DNA of 64,000 bases from a bacterium (GTDB lineage Bacteria > RBG-13-66-14 > B26-G2 > WVWN01): positions 12,189 through 76,188 of the forward strand of contig DATKVX010000044.1 in NCBI GenBank assembly GCA_035529855.1, in the 5' to 3' direction. Made by a program: the position numbers and the translations under genes. Shown piece after piece: positions 26,989 to 36,336 of this stretch. Every line of letters starts with the position of its first letter. The stretch's first letter is position 1. The notes beneath the pieces are model-generated. The model ran no database searches, was not told the origin of the DNA, and saw only the letters and a list, made by a program, of their open reading frames with translations.

Positions 26989-28590
26989 TTAGCCGTACGA
27001 CGCGAACAAATTATCCAAACCCGGGTCGCCCTCGCCCGGGCCTTCCTCTATCACTCGGAACGCGGCCGGCAGCGCCTCCAGGACGTCGCAGGCCACCAGC
27101 GACCGCTCGCCCGAGGCCTCCGCGGCGATGTCGGCGGCGAGGCCGTGGACGTACGCGCCGGCCCGCGCGGCCGCCGCGGGGGACGCGCCCCCCGCCAGGA
27201 ACGCGAGGACCACGCCCGTCAGTACGTCGCCGCTGCCGCCGCTGGCGAGGCCCGGGTTGCCGGTCGGGTTAAGCCACGTCTCCTCGCCCGGCGCCGCGAT
27301 TACGCTCAGGTAACCCTTCAATATGACGGCCATACCGGTACGGGCGGCGAGCTCGCGGGCCCACCGCGGCCTGTCGCGCTGCACGTCGTCCGCGCCCACG
27401 CCGAAGAGCTGCGCCATCTCGCCCGGGTGAGGCGTCAATACGCCGCGGAGCCGCGACGCCGTCAACCCGTCCAGGCCGAGGAGGTACAGGCCGTCGGCAT
27501 CGACGACGACCGGGCACTTAACGCGGCGCGTCACGTCGCGCAACAACGCCGCGGTTTCGCCCGCGCGGCCCAGCCCCGGGCCGATAGCGACGGCGTCCGC
27601 CGCGGCCGTCTTCTCTACGACGGCGCGCGCGGCCCCGGCCGCGAGCGCGCCCTCCGGCGTCTGCGGCAGCGGGTGCGACAGACATTCCAGCGTCGCGGCG
27701 CTGAAGATGACGTCGAGCTCGGCCGGCAGGCCCACTTCCACCAGACCCGCGCCGGCCCGTAAACAGGCTTGCGCCGCCAACGCCGCGGCGCCGCTCATAC
27801 CGCGCGAGCCGGCCAATACGTACGCCCGGCCCGCGGCCCCCTTATGTAAATTAAGCGGCCTTAACGGCAGTAAACCCGCGACTTCTTCCACCGCCGGTAT
27901 CCGCGCTACGTAGCCCGGCGCTTCGCCCGAAGGCTCGAAGGCCAGCTCGTCGACGGCGGCGCCGGGGTAGCCGACGGCGGCCACGTGGATATCTCCGGCG
28001 TAGCCCCGCCCGGGAAATTGCAGCAGGCCTATTTTAGGCAGGCCGAACGTTACCGTGGCGTCCGCGGCGACCGCCACGTCCGGCACGGCACCCGTGGCGG
28101 CGTCAACGCCGGAGGGTACGTCGACCGCGACCACCGGCCCGCCCGCCCGGCGCAGCGCCGCCGCCGCTTCCGCAAACGGGCCGGCCAGGCCGCCGCGGCT
28201 GCCGGTCCCCAACATGGCGTCCAGCGCTACGCCGGCCCGGCCTACGTCGCGGCCGAAACGGCGACGCTCGTACTCCTCGAGCTGGCCGCCGCAATTGACG
28301 AACGACTTACAATTCGCGGCCGCGTCGCCCTTCAACCGGGCCGCCGGCCCGAGCAAGTGCACGGCGACGTCGAAGCCGGCGTCGGCCAAATACCTCGCGG
28401 CCACGAAACCGTCGCCGCCGTTGTTGCCCGGGCCCGCGGCGACGGCGACCCGGTTTCCTTCCGCCAACGCCAGCGCGACCACGGCCACGGCCGCGCCCGC
28501 CCGGTCCATCAAGACCGAAGACGGGACGCCGAAGCCGTCGATGGCGCGACGGTCGACGTCGCGCATCTGCAGCGGCGTTACTACCTTCAC
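26989..28590 (-). CDS. nnr: Bifunctional NAD(P)H-hydrate epimerase/dehydratase (YjeF N- and C-terminal domains)
   Basis: YjeF_N motif GPGNNGGDG; C-terminal carbohydrate-kinase-like GPGLG…GGSGDVLTG. The start is set to the GTG at 28590 because the ATG at 28674 would abut the divergent aroB. Confidence 0.8.
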   Translation of the reverse strand: MKVVTPLQMRDVDRRAIDGFGVPSSVLMDRAGAAVAVVALALAEGNRVAVAAGPGNNGGDGFVAARYLADAGFDVAVHLLGPAARLKGDAAANCKSFVNCGGQLEEYERRRFGRDVGRAGVALDAMLGTGSRGGLAGPFAEAAAALRRAGGPVVAVDVPSGVDAATGAVPDVAVAADATVTFGLPKIGLLQFPGRGYAGDIHVAAVGYPGAAVDELAFEPSGEAPGYVARIPAVEEVAGLLPLRPLNLHKGAAGRAYVLAGSRGMSGAAALAAQACLRAGAGLVEVGLPAELDVIFSAATLECLSHPLPQTPEGALAAGAARAVVEKTAAADAVAIGPGLGRAGETAALLRDVTRRVKCPVVVDADGLYLLGLDGLTASRLRGVLTPHPGEMAQLFGVGADDVQRDRPRWARELAARTGMAVILKGYLSVIAAPGEETWLNPTGNPGLASGGSGDVLTGVVLAFLAGGASPAAAARAGAYVHGLAADIAAEASGERSLVACDVLEALPAAFRVIEEGPGEGDPGLDNLFASYG

Positions 28591-28679
28591 GAAAGCGATT
28601 ATAGGGCTTCGCCCCGAAGAGGTCAAGAATATCTTGCCCCGCGGAAGCCGTTGTGGTATTTTCACGCGAGGCAAAGGCT

Positions 28680-29777
28680 ATGTACGATATAGAAGTCAAA
28701 CATGCGGGCGCGTCGTACCGCGTACACGGCGAACGCGGCGCCCTCGCGCGCGCCGGCAGCCTCCTTCGCGAGGCCGCGCCGGACGCGCGCCGGACCTTCA
28801 TCGTCACGGACGAACACGTCAGGCCGCTGTACCTCAAAGCGCTCGCCCCCGCGCTCGAGCGCGCGGGTTTCGCCGTCAGGTCCGCCGCCGTACCCGCGGG
28901 CGACGATGCCAAAAGCCTCGCCCAACTCGCGGACTTATACCGGGATTTCACCGCGGCGGTGGTCAGCCGGTCGGACGTGGTGGTGGCGTTCGGAGGCGGC
29001 AGCGTGTGCGACGTCGCCGGCTTCGCCGCGGCCACCTTCAAACGCGGCGTGCCCTGGGCCGTGGTCCCCACGACCCTTTTGGCCCAGCTCGAGCTGTGTC
29101 TGGGCGGCGACGTGGGCATCGACGTCGACAACCTAAAAAACCAGGTCGGTACGTTCCACCAACCGCGGGCGGTAATAGTCGACGCCGAGCTGTTGGCGAC
29201 GCTGCCGGCCAAGCATCTCTCCGCCGGCCTCGCCGAAGCGGTAAAATACGCCGTACTCGGCGGCGAGGAAGCCTTCGCATATCTCGAAAACAACGCGCCG
29301 TTGCTTTTGCGGGCAAGCGTCGAATTGGACGCCGTCGTCGAGAGGGGCCTGAGGTATAAGGCTTCGGTGCTGGCCTCGAGAGAACGCGGCCCCGGCGAAT
29401 ACCACCTCCTCGAGCTGGGGCGTACGCTGGGCCGCGCCTTCGAGAGCGCGAGTCGGTTCGCCCTTAACCACGGCGAGGCGTTGGCCGTGGGCCTGATATA
29501 CACCGCTCTCCTCTCGGAGCTGCGAGGCGAAATCGCGACCGAGGCCGTCATACGCGTCGCGGCGCTTCTGCGGCGCTTTAACCTCCCCACTTACTTGCCC
29601 ACTTTAAACCTGGATAAAACGCTCGAGGCGCTGGTCGCCGGAAAGCCGACGGCGGGCGGCGAAATTTACGTGGCTATGCCGCGTGATATCGGACAAGTCA
29701 TCGTGGAACCCGTCGCCGTACGCACCGTGGCCGAGCTCCTTCCGCAGATCCACCGCCTGGCCCGGAGTATGCCGTAG
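28680..29777 (+). CDS. aroB: 3-dehydroquinate synthase
   Basis: DHQS motifs (FGGGSVCDVAGFAAATFKRGVPWAVVPTTLLAQ…). ATG at 28680. Confidence 0.8.
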   Translation: MYDIEVKHAGASYRVHGERGALARAGSLLREAAPDARRTFIVTDEHVRPLYLKALAPALERAGFAVRSAAVPAGDDAKSLAQLADLYRDFTAAVVSRSDVVVAFGGGSVCDVAGFAAATFKRGVPWAVVPTTLLAQLELCLGGDVGIDVDNLKNQVGTFHQPRAVIVDAELLATLPAKHLSAGLAEAVKYAVLGGEEAFAYLENNAPLLLRASVELDAVVERGLRYKASVLASRERGPGEYHLLELGRTLGRAFESASRFALNHGEALAVGLIYTALLSELRGEIATEAVIRVAALLRRFNLPTYLPTLNLDKTLEALVAGKPTAGGEIYVAMPRDIGQVIVEPVAVRTVAELLPQIHRLARSMP

Positions 29778-30003
29778 CGCCGCCTAACGGGCCGGCCCGA
29801 CGTGGTCCCGAAAAGGGAAAACCCTAAGGCGTATCATCCTCGAGCGGGACGTCGCGAGACACCGGCCGTTCGGTAAGGGCGGCCCGAAGCGCGCGCGCGA
29901 CGTCGCGCAATACAATCCCCGGGTGAATCGGCACGGCCGCGCATGCTTTATAAACCTTGCCCGCGTCGCGCCGTTATGGTAGTAATTGAAGCAATCTAAA
30001 TTT

Positions 30004-30744
30004 ATGGTAAAAAAGCTCGAAAACGTCAAACCCTCGATAACCGTAATATTCCCCGCCTTCAACGAGGAGGCCAACGTCGTCGCGTCGGTGGAGGGCGCGC
30101 GCGAGGCGCTGGCGACGCGCCACGGGGATTTCGAGATCGTCGTTGTGGACGACGGCTCGACGGACCGGACGCCGGCGCTGGCCGACGAGCTCGCGGTCAA
30201 ATACGCCGAGGTAAAAGCGATACACCACGACCGCAATTACAAGCTGGGCCGGACGCTGCGCACCGGCTTCGCCGCGGCCACCAAGGACCTCGTCTTCTAC
30301 ACCGACGCCGACCTCCCCATAGACTTCCGCGACGTCCACCGCGGCGTCGATTTACTGCTCCGGGACGGTGCCGACGTCGTGGCGGGCTACCGGCTCGAGC
30401 GCGGCGACAGCTGGTGGCGCAGCATATATTCGGTCGCGTATAACCGATTGATTAACGCGCTCTTCCGGCTGGGCGTGCAGGACGTCAACTTCTCGTACAA
30501 GCTGTTCACCAAAAAGGCCTTGCAAAAGCTTCCGCTGACGTCGGAGGGGTCCTTCATTGACGCGGAAATGCTCGCCCGGGCGAAGTTGGCGGGATTGCGC
30601 GTTACCCCGCTCGGCGTCCACTACTTCCCCAGGCGCGCCGGGCGGTCGACCCTCGCGTCGCCGGGAGTTATCTTGAAAATATTGGCCGAAATGAGCCGGT
30701 TTTGGTGGCGGGCGTGGCGACCCCGGAGCAGGCGTGCGGACTAA
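30004..30744 (+). CDS. GT2-family glycosyltransferase (dolichyl-phosphate mannose / polyprenol-phosphate glycosyltransferase-like)
   Basis: ITVIFPAFNEE…VVDDGSTDRT…DADL motifs. ATG at 30004 preferred over the TTG at 29986. Confidence 0.75.
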   Translation: MVKKLENVKPSITVIFPAFNEEANVVASVEGAREALATRHGDFEIVVVDDGSTDRTPALADELAVKYAEVKAIHHDRNYKLGRTLRTGFAAATKDLVFYTDADLPIDFRDVHRGVDLLLRDGADVVAGYRLERGDSWWRSIYSVAYNRLINALFRLGVQDVNFSYKLFTKKALQKLPLTSEGSFIDAEMLARAKLAGLRVTPLGVHYFPRRAGRSTLASPGVILKILAEMSRFWWRAWRPRSRRAD

Positions 30745-30784
30745 CGGAGGCCGTAAATCATCATTTTTAAAGGACGAAGGTTTG

Positions 30785-30813
30785 TTGACCAAAAAGCTGC
30801 TGTGTGATAGAAT
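30785..30813 (+). promoter_or_regulatory. Sigma70-like promoter TTGACC-N17-TAGAAT upstream of the membrane/cyclase module
   Basis: Hexamers and 17-nt spacer read directly. An AGGAGG ribosome-binding site follows before the ATG at 30862. Confidence 0.5.
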
Positions 30814-30861
30814 GTTGTTGAACGAAAGCAGGAGGCGCGGACGCAACGCGGGACGGTAACG

Positions 30862-31497
30862 ATGGGATTTCGCTTGTTCGACGTACTGTTCGCGGTGGTA
30901 CTCGTCTTGGCGGCGGTCGCCGTTGCCGCCGCATTTTACCTCGTTTCGCCCTACCCGGCCGTAATAGTCGCGGCCTTCGCCGCGGGCGCTACGACCTTCC
31001 TTTACTTAACCGTACGGGCTAAACTGGGCGGCATCTTGGAGACGGTGGAGCGGCGGCTCGCGACGCAAGAGCACGAGGCCGCGGAGCACCGCGCCGCCCT
31101 CGACAAATCGTTCGCCGAAATCGAACGCCTGACGCGCACGATACGGGAACAGGTCCAAGCGGCGAACGAGAAGAGCGCCCGGGAAAATGAGGCGCTGCGG
31201 AAGAACGTAAACGACGTACTCGCCCGATTCGCCGCCCAGATCGAAAAAACGACCTCGACGGTGGACGACACCAAACAGGTTCTGGACAAGAAGGCGGCGG
31301 TACTTCACGAACGAGTAAGGGAACTGGAGCATTACCGGGAAGAGACGGCGAAGCTGCTCGCCGGCTTCCGGGAGGAGTTCGACACGTTCACTACCGACGA
31401 ACAGCACTTCCGCGAAGTTATGGAAGCCAGCCTGGCCGAGAGGGTCTCGTACCTGGAAGATTTCATCCGCGAAAAACGTAAGAGCTTGCAGATCTAA
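30862..31497 (+). CDS. Membrane-anchored coiled-coil protein (2 N-terminal TM helices)
   Basis: Hydrophobic N-terminus, then about 150 aa of heptad-rich helix. Confidence 0.5.
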   Translation: MGFRLFDVLFAVVLVLAAVAVAAAFYLVSPYPAVIVAAFAAGATTFLYLTVRAKLGGILETVERRLATQEHEAAEHRAALDKSFAEIERLTRTIREQVQAANEKSARENEALRKNVNDVLARFAAQIEKTTSTVDDTKQVLDKKAAVLHERVRELEHYREETAKLLAGFREEFDTFTTDEQHFREVMEASLAERVSYLEDFIREKRKSLQI

Positions 31498-31505
31498 CAA
31501 CGGGC

Positions 31506-32732
31506 ATGGCAGAGGAAGGAAATAACAACGAAATCCGGGCCACGGTCCTATTCGTGGACATCATAAACTCGACCGGGATATCGGGCGTCCAGGACGCGGT
31601 CAGCTACAACAAGATGCTCACCGAATTCCAGTCGCTGATGTTCGACGTTATCGTAGACCACGTCCTACGCTACCGCTACGTACCGCGCGAAAGCATGTCC
31701 GGCCGCGGCGTAGACATACGAGTGGGCGAAGATTACGAATGGGACATCGAGGGCGACGAGGTGCGCGTATTCCTGTACTCGGGGAATACCGAGTACGACG
31801 TGCGCTCCGCGCTGCAACTGGGCGCGAAGATGAAACTGGCCTGGCTCACTTCGGACTTCAATTACGGAGCCTTCGAGGACAAGGGGCTCGTATTCGACGT
31901 CGGCATAGGGGTGCATACCGGGAAAGTAATCCGCGAAACCAAGGACTGGCGGGTGCGCAGCCGCGACGCCGTGCCCCGCATCGACGGTTTTACGATAAAC
32001 ATCGGGAAAAAGGTAGAGCAATATTCCCGCTCGGGCCAGGTCTACGAATTCTTCGTAAGCGGAAACGTCCGTTCGATACTCGAGCAAAGCAAAAATTTCG
32101 CCGTCAAGTTCTCCTCGGACAAACAACAGAAACTTAAAGATTCCGCGATTACCATCGCCATCTTCGAGGTGGTCTCATTTCTCGACCACGAGATATTCGT
32201 TTTCCTCCCGGAAGCGCTCAAGAAGCGCACCCTCGACCGCGCCTTGGAGTTGGTCCAAACCGCCCACCTGCGCCGCGACCTCTTCTGGTTGTATTTGCTC
32301 GTCATGAGGTTCTGGCTGATGGACGTTACGGGCAAGGAGGAATCGCGGGACGCGGCGGACCGCATCATCCGCCTGGGCTCCGCGGTGATGAACTTCGCCT
32401 CGCAGCTGAGTAAACCGGAACAGACGTACGTGCGGGATTACCTTTCCTCGGTCAACAATATGATCGCGCTCGCCTATACCGCCCGCGGCCTCGAGTCCGA
32501 CCAGCTCTTCGCACGGAAGATCTTCAATATGACGCTGGGTAAAATCGACCGGCAAAACATACCGGCGCGCCTCCACCTCGCCCGTTACCTGCTGGAAGCG
32601 GGCGACTTTAAGGCGGCCACGAAACACTGCGCGGACATACTAATGCTCGACCCCGGCAACCCGACGGCGAAAGCGATCATAGGCAGGGCCGCGGGCGAAG
32701 CGGCGCGCCACGGCGCCGAAACGCCGCGGTAA
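31506..32732 (+). CDS. Class-III nucleotidyl cyclase (CHD) domain protein with a C-terminal TPR-like helical domain
   Basis: TVLFVDIINSTGI (metal-binding Asp), EGDEVRVF (second Asp), GIGVHTGKVI and GFTINIGKKVEQ match the adenylyl/guanylyl cyclase catalytic core in the correct order and spacing. About 200 aa of helical repeats follow. Confidence 0.6.
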   Translation: MAEEGNNNEIRATVLFVDIINSTGISGVQDAVSYNKMLTEFQSLMFDVIVDHVLRYRYVPRESMSGRGVDIRVGEDYEWDIEGDEVRVFLYSGNTEYDVRSALQLGAKMKLAWLTSDFNYGAFEDKGLVFDVGIGVHTGKVIRETKDWRVRSRDAVPRIDGFTINIGKKVEQYSRSGQVYEFFVSGNVRSILEQSKNFAVKFSSDKQQKLKDSAITIAIFEVVSFLDHEIFVFLPEALKKRTLDRALELVQTAHLRRDLFWLYLLVMRFWLMDVTGKEESRDAADRIIRLGSAVMNFASQLSKPEQTYVRDYLSSVNNMIALAYTARGLESDQLFARKIFNMTLGKIDRQNIPARLHLARYLLEAGDFKAATKHCADILMLDPGNPTAKAIIGRAAGEAARHGAETPR

Positions 32733-32740
32733 AACCCGCT

Positions 32741-33334
32741 ATGGGTAAACGGTTTAACACGCTAATAATACTCCCGGCGCTCGTCGCGCTCGTCGGCCTC
32801 GCCGGGGCCGAAACCGGGCCGCTGCCCAAAGGCGTAATAAAAGCCAAAAAGGTCGGAACCGTCCCCACCGCGGTTTGGCTCGCCGAGTGCCAGACGGTAT
32901 TCGAAGACTTCCTGGAAACGCGGAAGGACCTGGACGAGCTGGTGGAAGCGGGCGGCTTCGCCGACGCCCCGGGCCGGTTGGAGCAAGCTATTATTAACCA
33001 AACGGTGCCGGCGGCCAAGGCCGCGGTCGACTTCTGCGCCGCGTACGTCCCCGATACGAAATGGGGCGAGCAACTCCGCCTCGAGATCATCGACGCCACG
33101 GTAAGCTCGCTGGCGGCGGACGCTCACGTCGTCGACGTCTTGCAAGGCAAGGCCGAATCCAAGGTTCCCGTCGCCGATATGCTTATGGAGCAGCGGGAGG
33201 TCAGCAGCGACCTTATCGCCCGCGTTCACCAGCGCATCTTAAACGCGCCCAAGAAATACCGCTCCAAGCCGGAGGAGCTGGCGCCGTCGCGGGAATACTA
33301 CTTCCAGGACTTCCACTATCGCGCCCGGCGTTAA
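32741..33334 (+). CDS. Secreted hypothetical protein
   Basis: Signal peptide MGKRFNTLIILPALVALVGLAGA. No recognisable domain. Confidence 0.45.
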   Translation: MGKRFNTLIILPALVALVGLAGAETGPLPKGVIKAKKVGTVPTAVWLAECQTVFEDFLETRKDLDELVEAGGFADAPGRLEQAIINQTVPAAKAAVDFCAAYVPDTKWGEQLRLEIIDATVSSLAADAHVVDVLQGKAESKVPVADMLMEQREVSSDLIARVHQRILNAPKKYRSKPEELAPSREYYFQDFHYRARR

Positions 33335-33365
33335 ACGTCCTGAATTAACCGTACTCGGATTTCCC

Positions 33366-33390
33366 GGCCCGCCGCGGCCGGTTTTTAACG
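33366..33390 (+). terminator. Rho-independent terminator (CCGGCCcgccgcGGCCGG-TTTTT)
   Basis: Hairpin plus T-run after the 32741..33334 gene. Confidence 0.7.
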
Positions 33391-33481
33391 TACGCCACGG
33401 CCGGAAAACACTTTATCGGCGGCGGCCGTTATGTTATAAATTCGAGTTTGGACGCCGGCCTTCTACCCGCGCCTGCGAACG

Positions 33482-35425
33482 ATGCCCGCCATAACAAACG
33501 TCAAACCCTTCGGCACGCTAGCCGACGACGACTACCGCGAGATAGGCTTCCGCGGCGGCCTCGAGATCCACCAACAACTCCTGACCGCCTCCAAGCTCTT
33601 CTGCCGCTGCCCCGCGGGCCTTTACTCGTACGACTACGACGCCAAGATCCTGCGCCACATGCGGCCTACCCTCTCCGAAATGGGCGAGTACGACGGCACC
33701 GCGCTCATGGAATTCAAGACTCGCAAGAACATAATCTACCGCACCAAGCAGAAGAGCTGCTGCACCTACGAGATGGACGATACGCCCCCCTTCGATATGG
33801 ACGAGGAATCCATCGACGCCGGCCTGAAGGTCTCGCTGCTGTTGAATTGCAACGTCGTCGCCGAGATGCACATCATCCGCAAACAATACCTCGACGGCTC
33901 CATCCCCACCGGTTTCCAACGTACCGCCATCGTGGGCGTCGAAGGTTACGTGCCGTATCGGGGCCGGCGCATCGGCATCAAACAGCTCGCGGTGGAGGAA
34001 GACTCTTGCCGCGAGGTGAGCGACGAGGGCCACGAACGGACCTACCTCACCGACCGCCTGGGCATGCCGCTCATCGAAACCGTTACCCACCCCGATATGG
34101 AGACGCCGTGGGAAATCGCCGAGGTGGGGCAACTCCTGCGCCGCCTCACCCGTTCCACCGGCCTCGTGCGCACCGGCATCGGCGCGGCCCGCGAGGACGT
34201 AAACGTGTCCGTCGCCGGCGGCACCCGCGTCGAGATCAAAGGCGTGCCGCGCCTCAAGGCCATACCGCGCCTCGTCCACAATGAGGCCATGCGGCAGCGG
34301 GCCCTACTCGACATACGCGCCGAGCTGAAGCGCCGAGGGATAACGGCCAGGTCTTTCCGAGCCGCGGTGGAGGACGTGTCGGGCGAATTCGCGAAAAATG
34401 CGCGCCGGCCCCCCGGCCGGGCCGTCCTGGACGGCGGCCGCGTCTACGCCGTGGCGCTCCGCGGTTACCGCGGCATCCTCGGCGCCCGCACCCAGGAGAC
34501 CAAGCACTTCGTGGACGAGATATCGGACCGGGTACGCGTCGTAGCATGCCTCGACCGGCTGCCGAATATCTTCGACGACGAGACCTCGCGCCGTCGTATG
34601 GACGGAGCTATCTGGCGCCGCCTGCGCCGCAAGCTTAAAACCGACCGCGGCGACGTCGTCGTGCTGGTGTGGGGGCCGCCGGCCGACGCCCGCCTGGGCG
34701 CCGACGAGGTCGTACTCCGCGCGCGGGAGGCCACGCTGGGCGTGCCGTCCGATACGCGCCAGGCCCTGGCCGACGGCACCAACGGCTTCGAACGGATCTT
34801 GCCCGGGCCGGACCGGATGTACCCCGATACCGACCGGCCGCCCATCACAATATCGGAAGAACGCGTCGCCGCGCTGGCGGCGGACCTCCCGGAACCGATC
34901 TGGGCGCGCGAAGAGCGCTACCGGGAGGGGGGCGTCCCGGAGGATTGCATCGCGCCGCTCGCCGCGTCGCGTTGGGTCCGTACGTTCGAAAAAGCCGTAA
35001 ACGAGTACGGCGTCGAGGCCAAATTCGCGGCCACGGTATTCATGCACAAGTTGAAGGGGTGGCGGCGGCGGGGGCGGCCCGTGGACGAGCTGGCCGAGGG
35101 CGACGTCGAAAGGGCGTTTTCCCTTTATGGCCGGGGAAAGATTACGCGGGAAGGCGTCGTCGCGGCGCTCGAGGCTCACGTGTCCCGCGGCGTGCCGCTG
35201 CGCCGCGCCCTCAACGACCTGCGACACGGCCGGGAAGCGAGGGAACGCGTCGCCGCCGCCGTAAAAAGAGTAAAACGAAAAGTCAAAAGACGCCGCTTCC
35301 CCGCCGGCCCCGCGGCGGTAAAGCGCTTCGCCATGGGCGAGCTAATGGCCGAGTTCCGGGGGCTGATACCCGGCGCCGAGTTGGCCCAAATCGCGACGGA
35401 AGAAATATCGCCGGCTGCTGGATAA
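33482..35425 (+). CDS. gatE: Archaeal-type Glu-tRNA(Gln) amidotransferase subunit E
   Basis: N-terminal GLEIHQQL…KLFCRCP GatB/E catalytic signature. 647-aa length with a large central insertion and a GatB_YqeY-like tail, which fits GatE rather than the roughly 480-aa GatB. Partner gatD lies downstream. Confidence 0.7.
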   Translation: MPAITNVKPFGTLADDDYREIGFRGGLEIHQQLLTASKLFCRCPAGLYSYDYDAKILRHMRPTLSEMGEYDGTALMEFKTRKNIIYRTKQKSCCTYEMDDTPPFDMDEESIDAGLKVSLLLNCNVVAEMHIIRKQYLDGSIPTGFQRTAIVGVEGYVPYRGRRIGIKQLAVEEDSCREVSDEGHERTYLTDRLGMPLIETVTHPDMETPWEIAEVGQLLRRLTRSTGLVRTGIGAAREDVNVSVAGGTRVEIKGVPRLKAIPRLVHNEAMRQRALLDIRAELKRRGITARSFRAAVEDVSGEFAKNARRPPGRAVLDGGRVYAVALRGYRGILGARTQETKHFVDEISDRVRVVACLDRLPNIFDDETSRRRMDGAIWRRLRRKLKTDRGDVVVLVWGPPADARLGADEVVLRAREATLGVPSDTRQALADGTNGFERILPGPDRMYPDTDRPPITISEERVAALAADLPEPIWAREERYREGGVPEDCIAPLAASRWVRTFEKAVNEYGVEAKFAATVFMHKLKGWRRRGRPVDELAEGDVERAFSLYGRGKITREGVVAALEAHVSRGVPLRRALNDLRHGREARERVAAAVKRVKRKVKRRRFPAGPAAVKRFAMGELMAEFRGLIPGAELAQIATEEISPAAG

Positions 35426-35449
35426 GGGTACAGCCGGGAGGATGCCGAT

Positions 35450-36289
35450 ATGGAACCGCTTACGAAAGCGTCGGAATACGTCATCGGGGCTGGGAAGGCA
35501 TATCACCTTCTCGAGCTCAGCCTCGCCGGCGTCGACGTACCGCGAGCCCTGGCCGACCTCGTCGCCGAAATCACCGGCTCCCAAAACGACGACGGCTCCT
35601 TCGTCGGCACGCGCGCCACAGGGGAACCGGGGAGCGTCCCCGTCACCGCCGGCGTGGTGGAAATACTCGCCCGGGAGGGCGCCGCCGACGCCGCGACGAA
35701 GGGCGCGGCCTGGCTCGCGGCGATGCAGCGGCCCGACGGCGGCTTCTGCGAGAACCCGGCGCTGGCGGCCGACCTCAAACCGGAATGGGATTGGTTCTCG
35801 GCCCAAAACGCGGTGACGTGGATAACGGGCGACGCGATCGTGGCGCTCGCGGCCGTAGGCGTTTTCGATAAAAATATTACCCTCGCCCGGAATTTCCTGT
35901 TGCGGACGCGTAACAAGGACGGCGGTTGGCCGGGGCAGGTGGCGCCGGACTACCCGGACCGGACGGACTTGTGGACCATCCCGGGCGTCGTGCGGGGCCT
36001 CCTGGCGGCGGGGATCGCCCCCAACCACGACGCCTTCGCCGGCCTATCCGCAGCGCTGGCCCGTCAGAAGGAACGCTGGCGCAACCCGGTCGAAAATCCG
36101 CTGCCGGCCTTCCTCGCCCTCGGCCGGCGCGGGACCGACGGCGACGTCCAAGAATGTTTAAAGTTACTGGCCCAAACGCAAAACGACGACGGCGGTTGGC
36201 CGTACCTCGCGGGCGACGAATCGCATCCCGACCCGACAACGGCCGTCGTCGCGCTGCTCGCGAAGTATAGGCTCTCGTTACCCGCTTGA
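35450..36289 (+). CDS. Prenyltransferase/squalene-oxidase-repeat (alpha/alpha-toroid) protein
   Basis: Repeated QNDDGSF / QRPDGGF / RNKDGGW / QNDDGGWPY motifs, the canonical terpenoid cyclase / protein prenyltransferase beta-subunit repeat. 279 aa. Confidence 0.65.
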   Translation: MEPLTKASEYVIGAGKAYHLLELSLAGVDVPRALADLVAEITGSQNDDGSFVGTRATGEPGSVPVTAGVVEILAREGAADAATKGAAWLAAMQRPDGGFCENPALAADLKPEWDWFSAQNAVTWITGDAIVALAAVGVFDKNITLARNFLLRTRNKDGGWPGQVAPDYPDRTDLWTIPGVVRGLLAAGIAPNHDAFAGLSAALARQKERWRNPVENPLPAFLALGRRGTDGDVQECLKLLAQTQNDDGGWPYLAGDESHPDPTTAVVALLAKYRLSLPA

Positions 36290-36336
36290 AGAACCGGGCG
36301 CGTACTACCCCCACTCTTTATATGAGGTAACGCGGC

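Noticed and set aside
30862-32732. Calling the membrane protein plus cyclase pair a Pycsar or CBASS antiphage system
   Set aside because: No cNMP-binding, TIR, patatin or other effector domain is recognisable, and the gene order differs from described Pycsar operons. Kept only as a hypothesis under findings.
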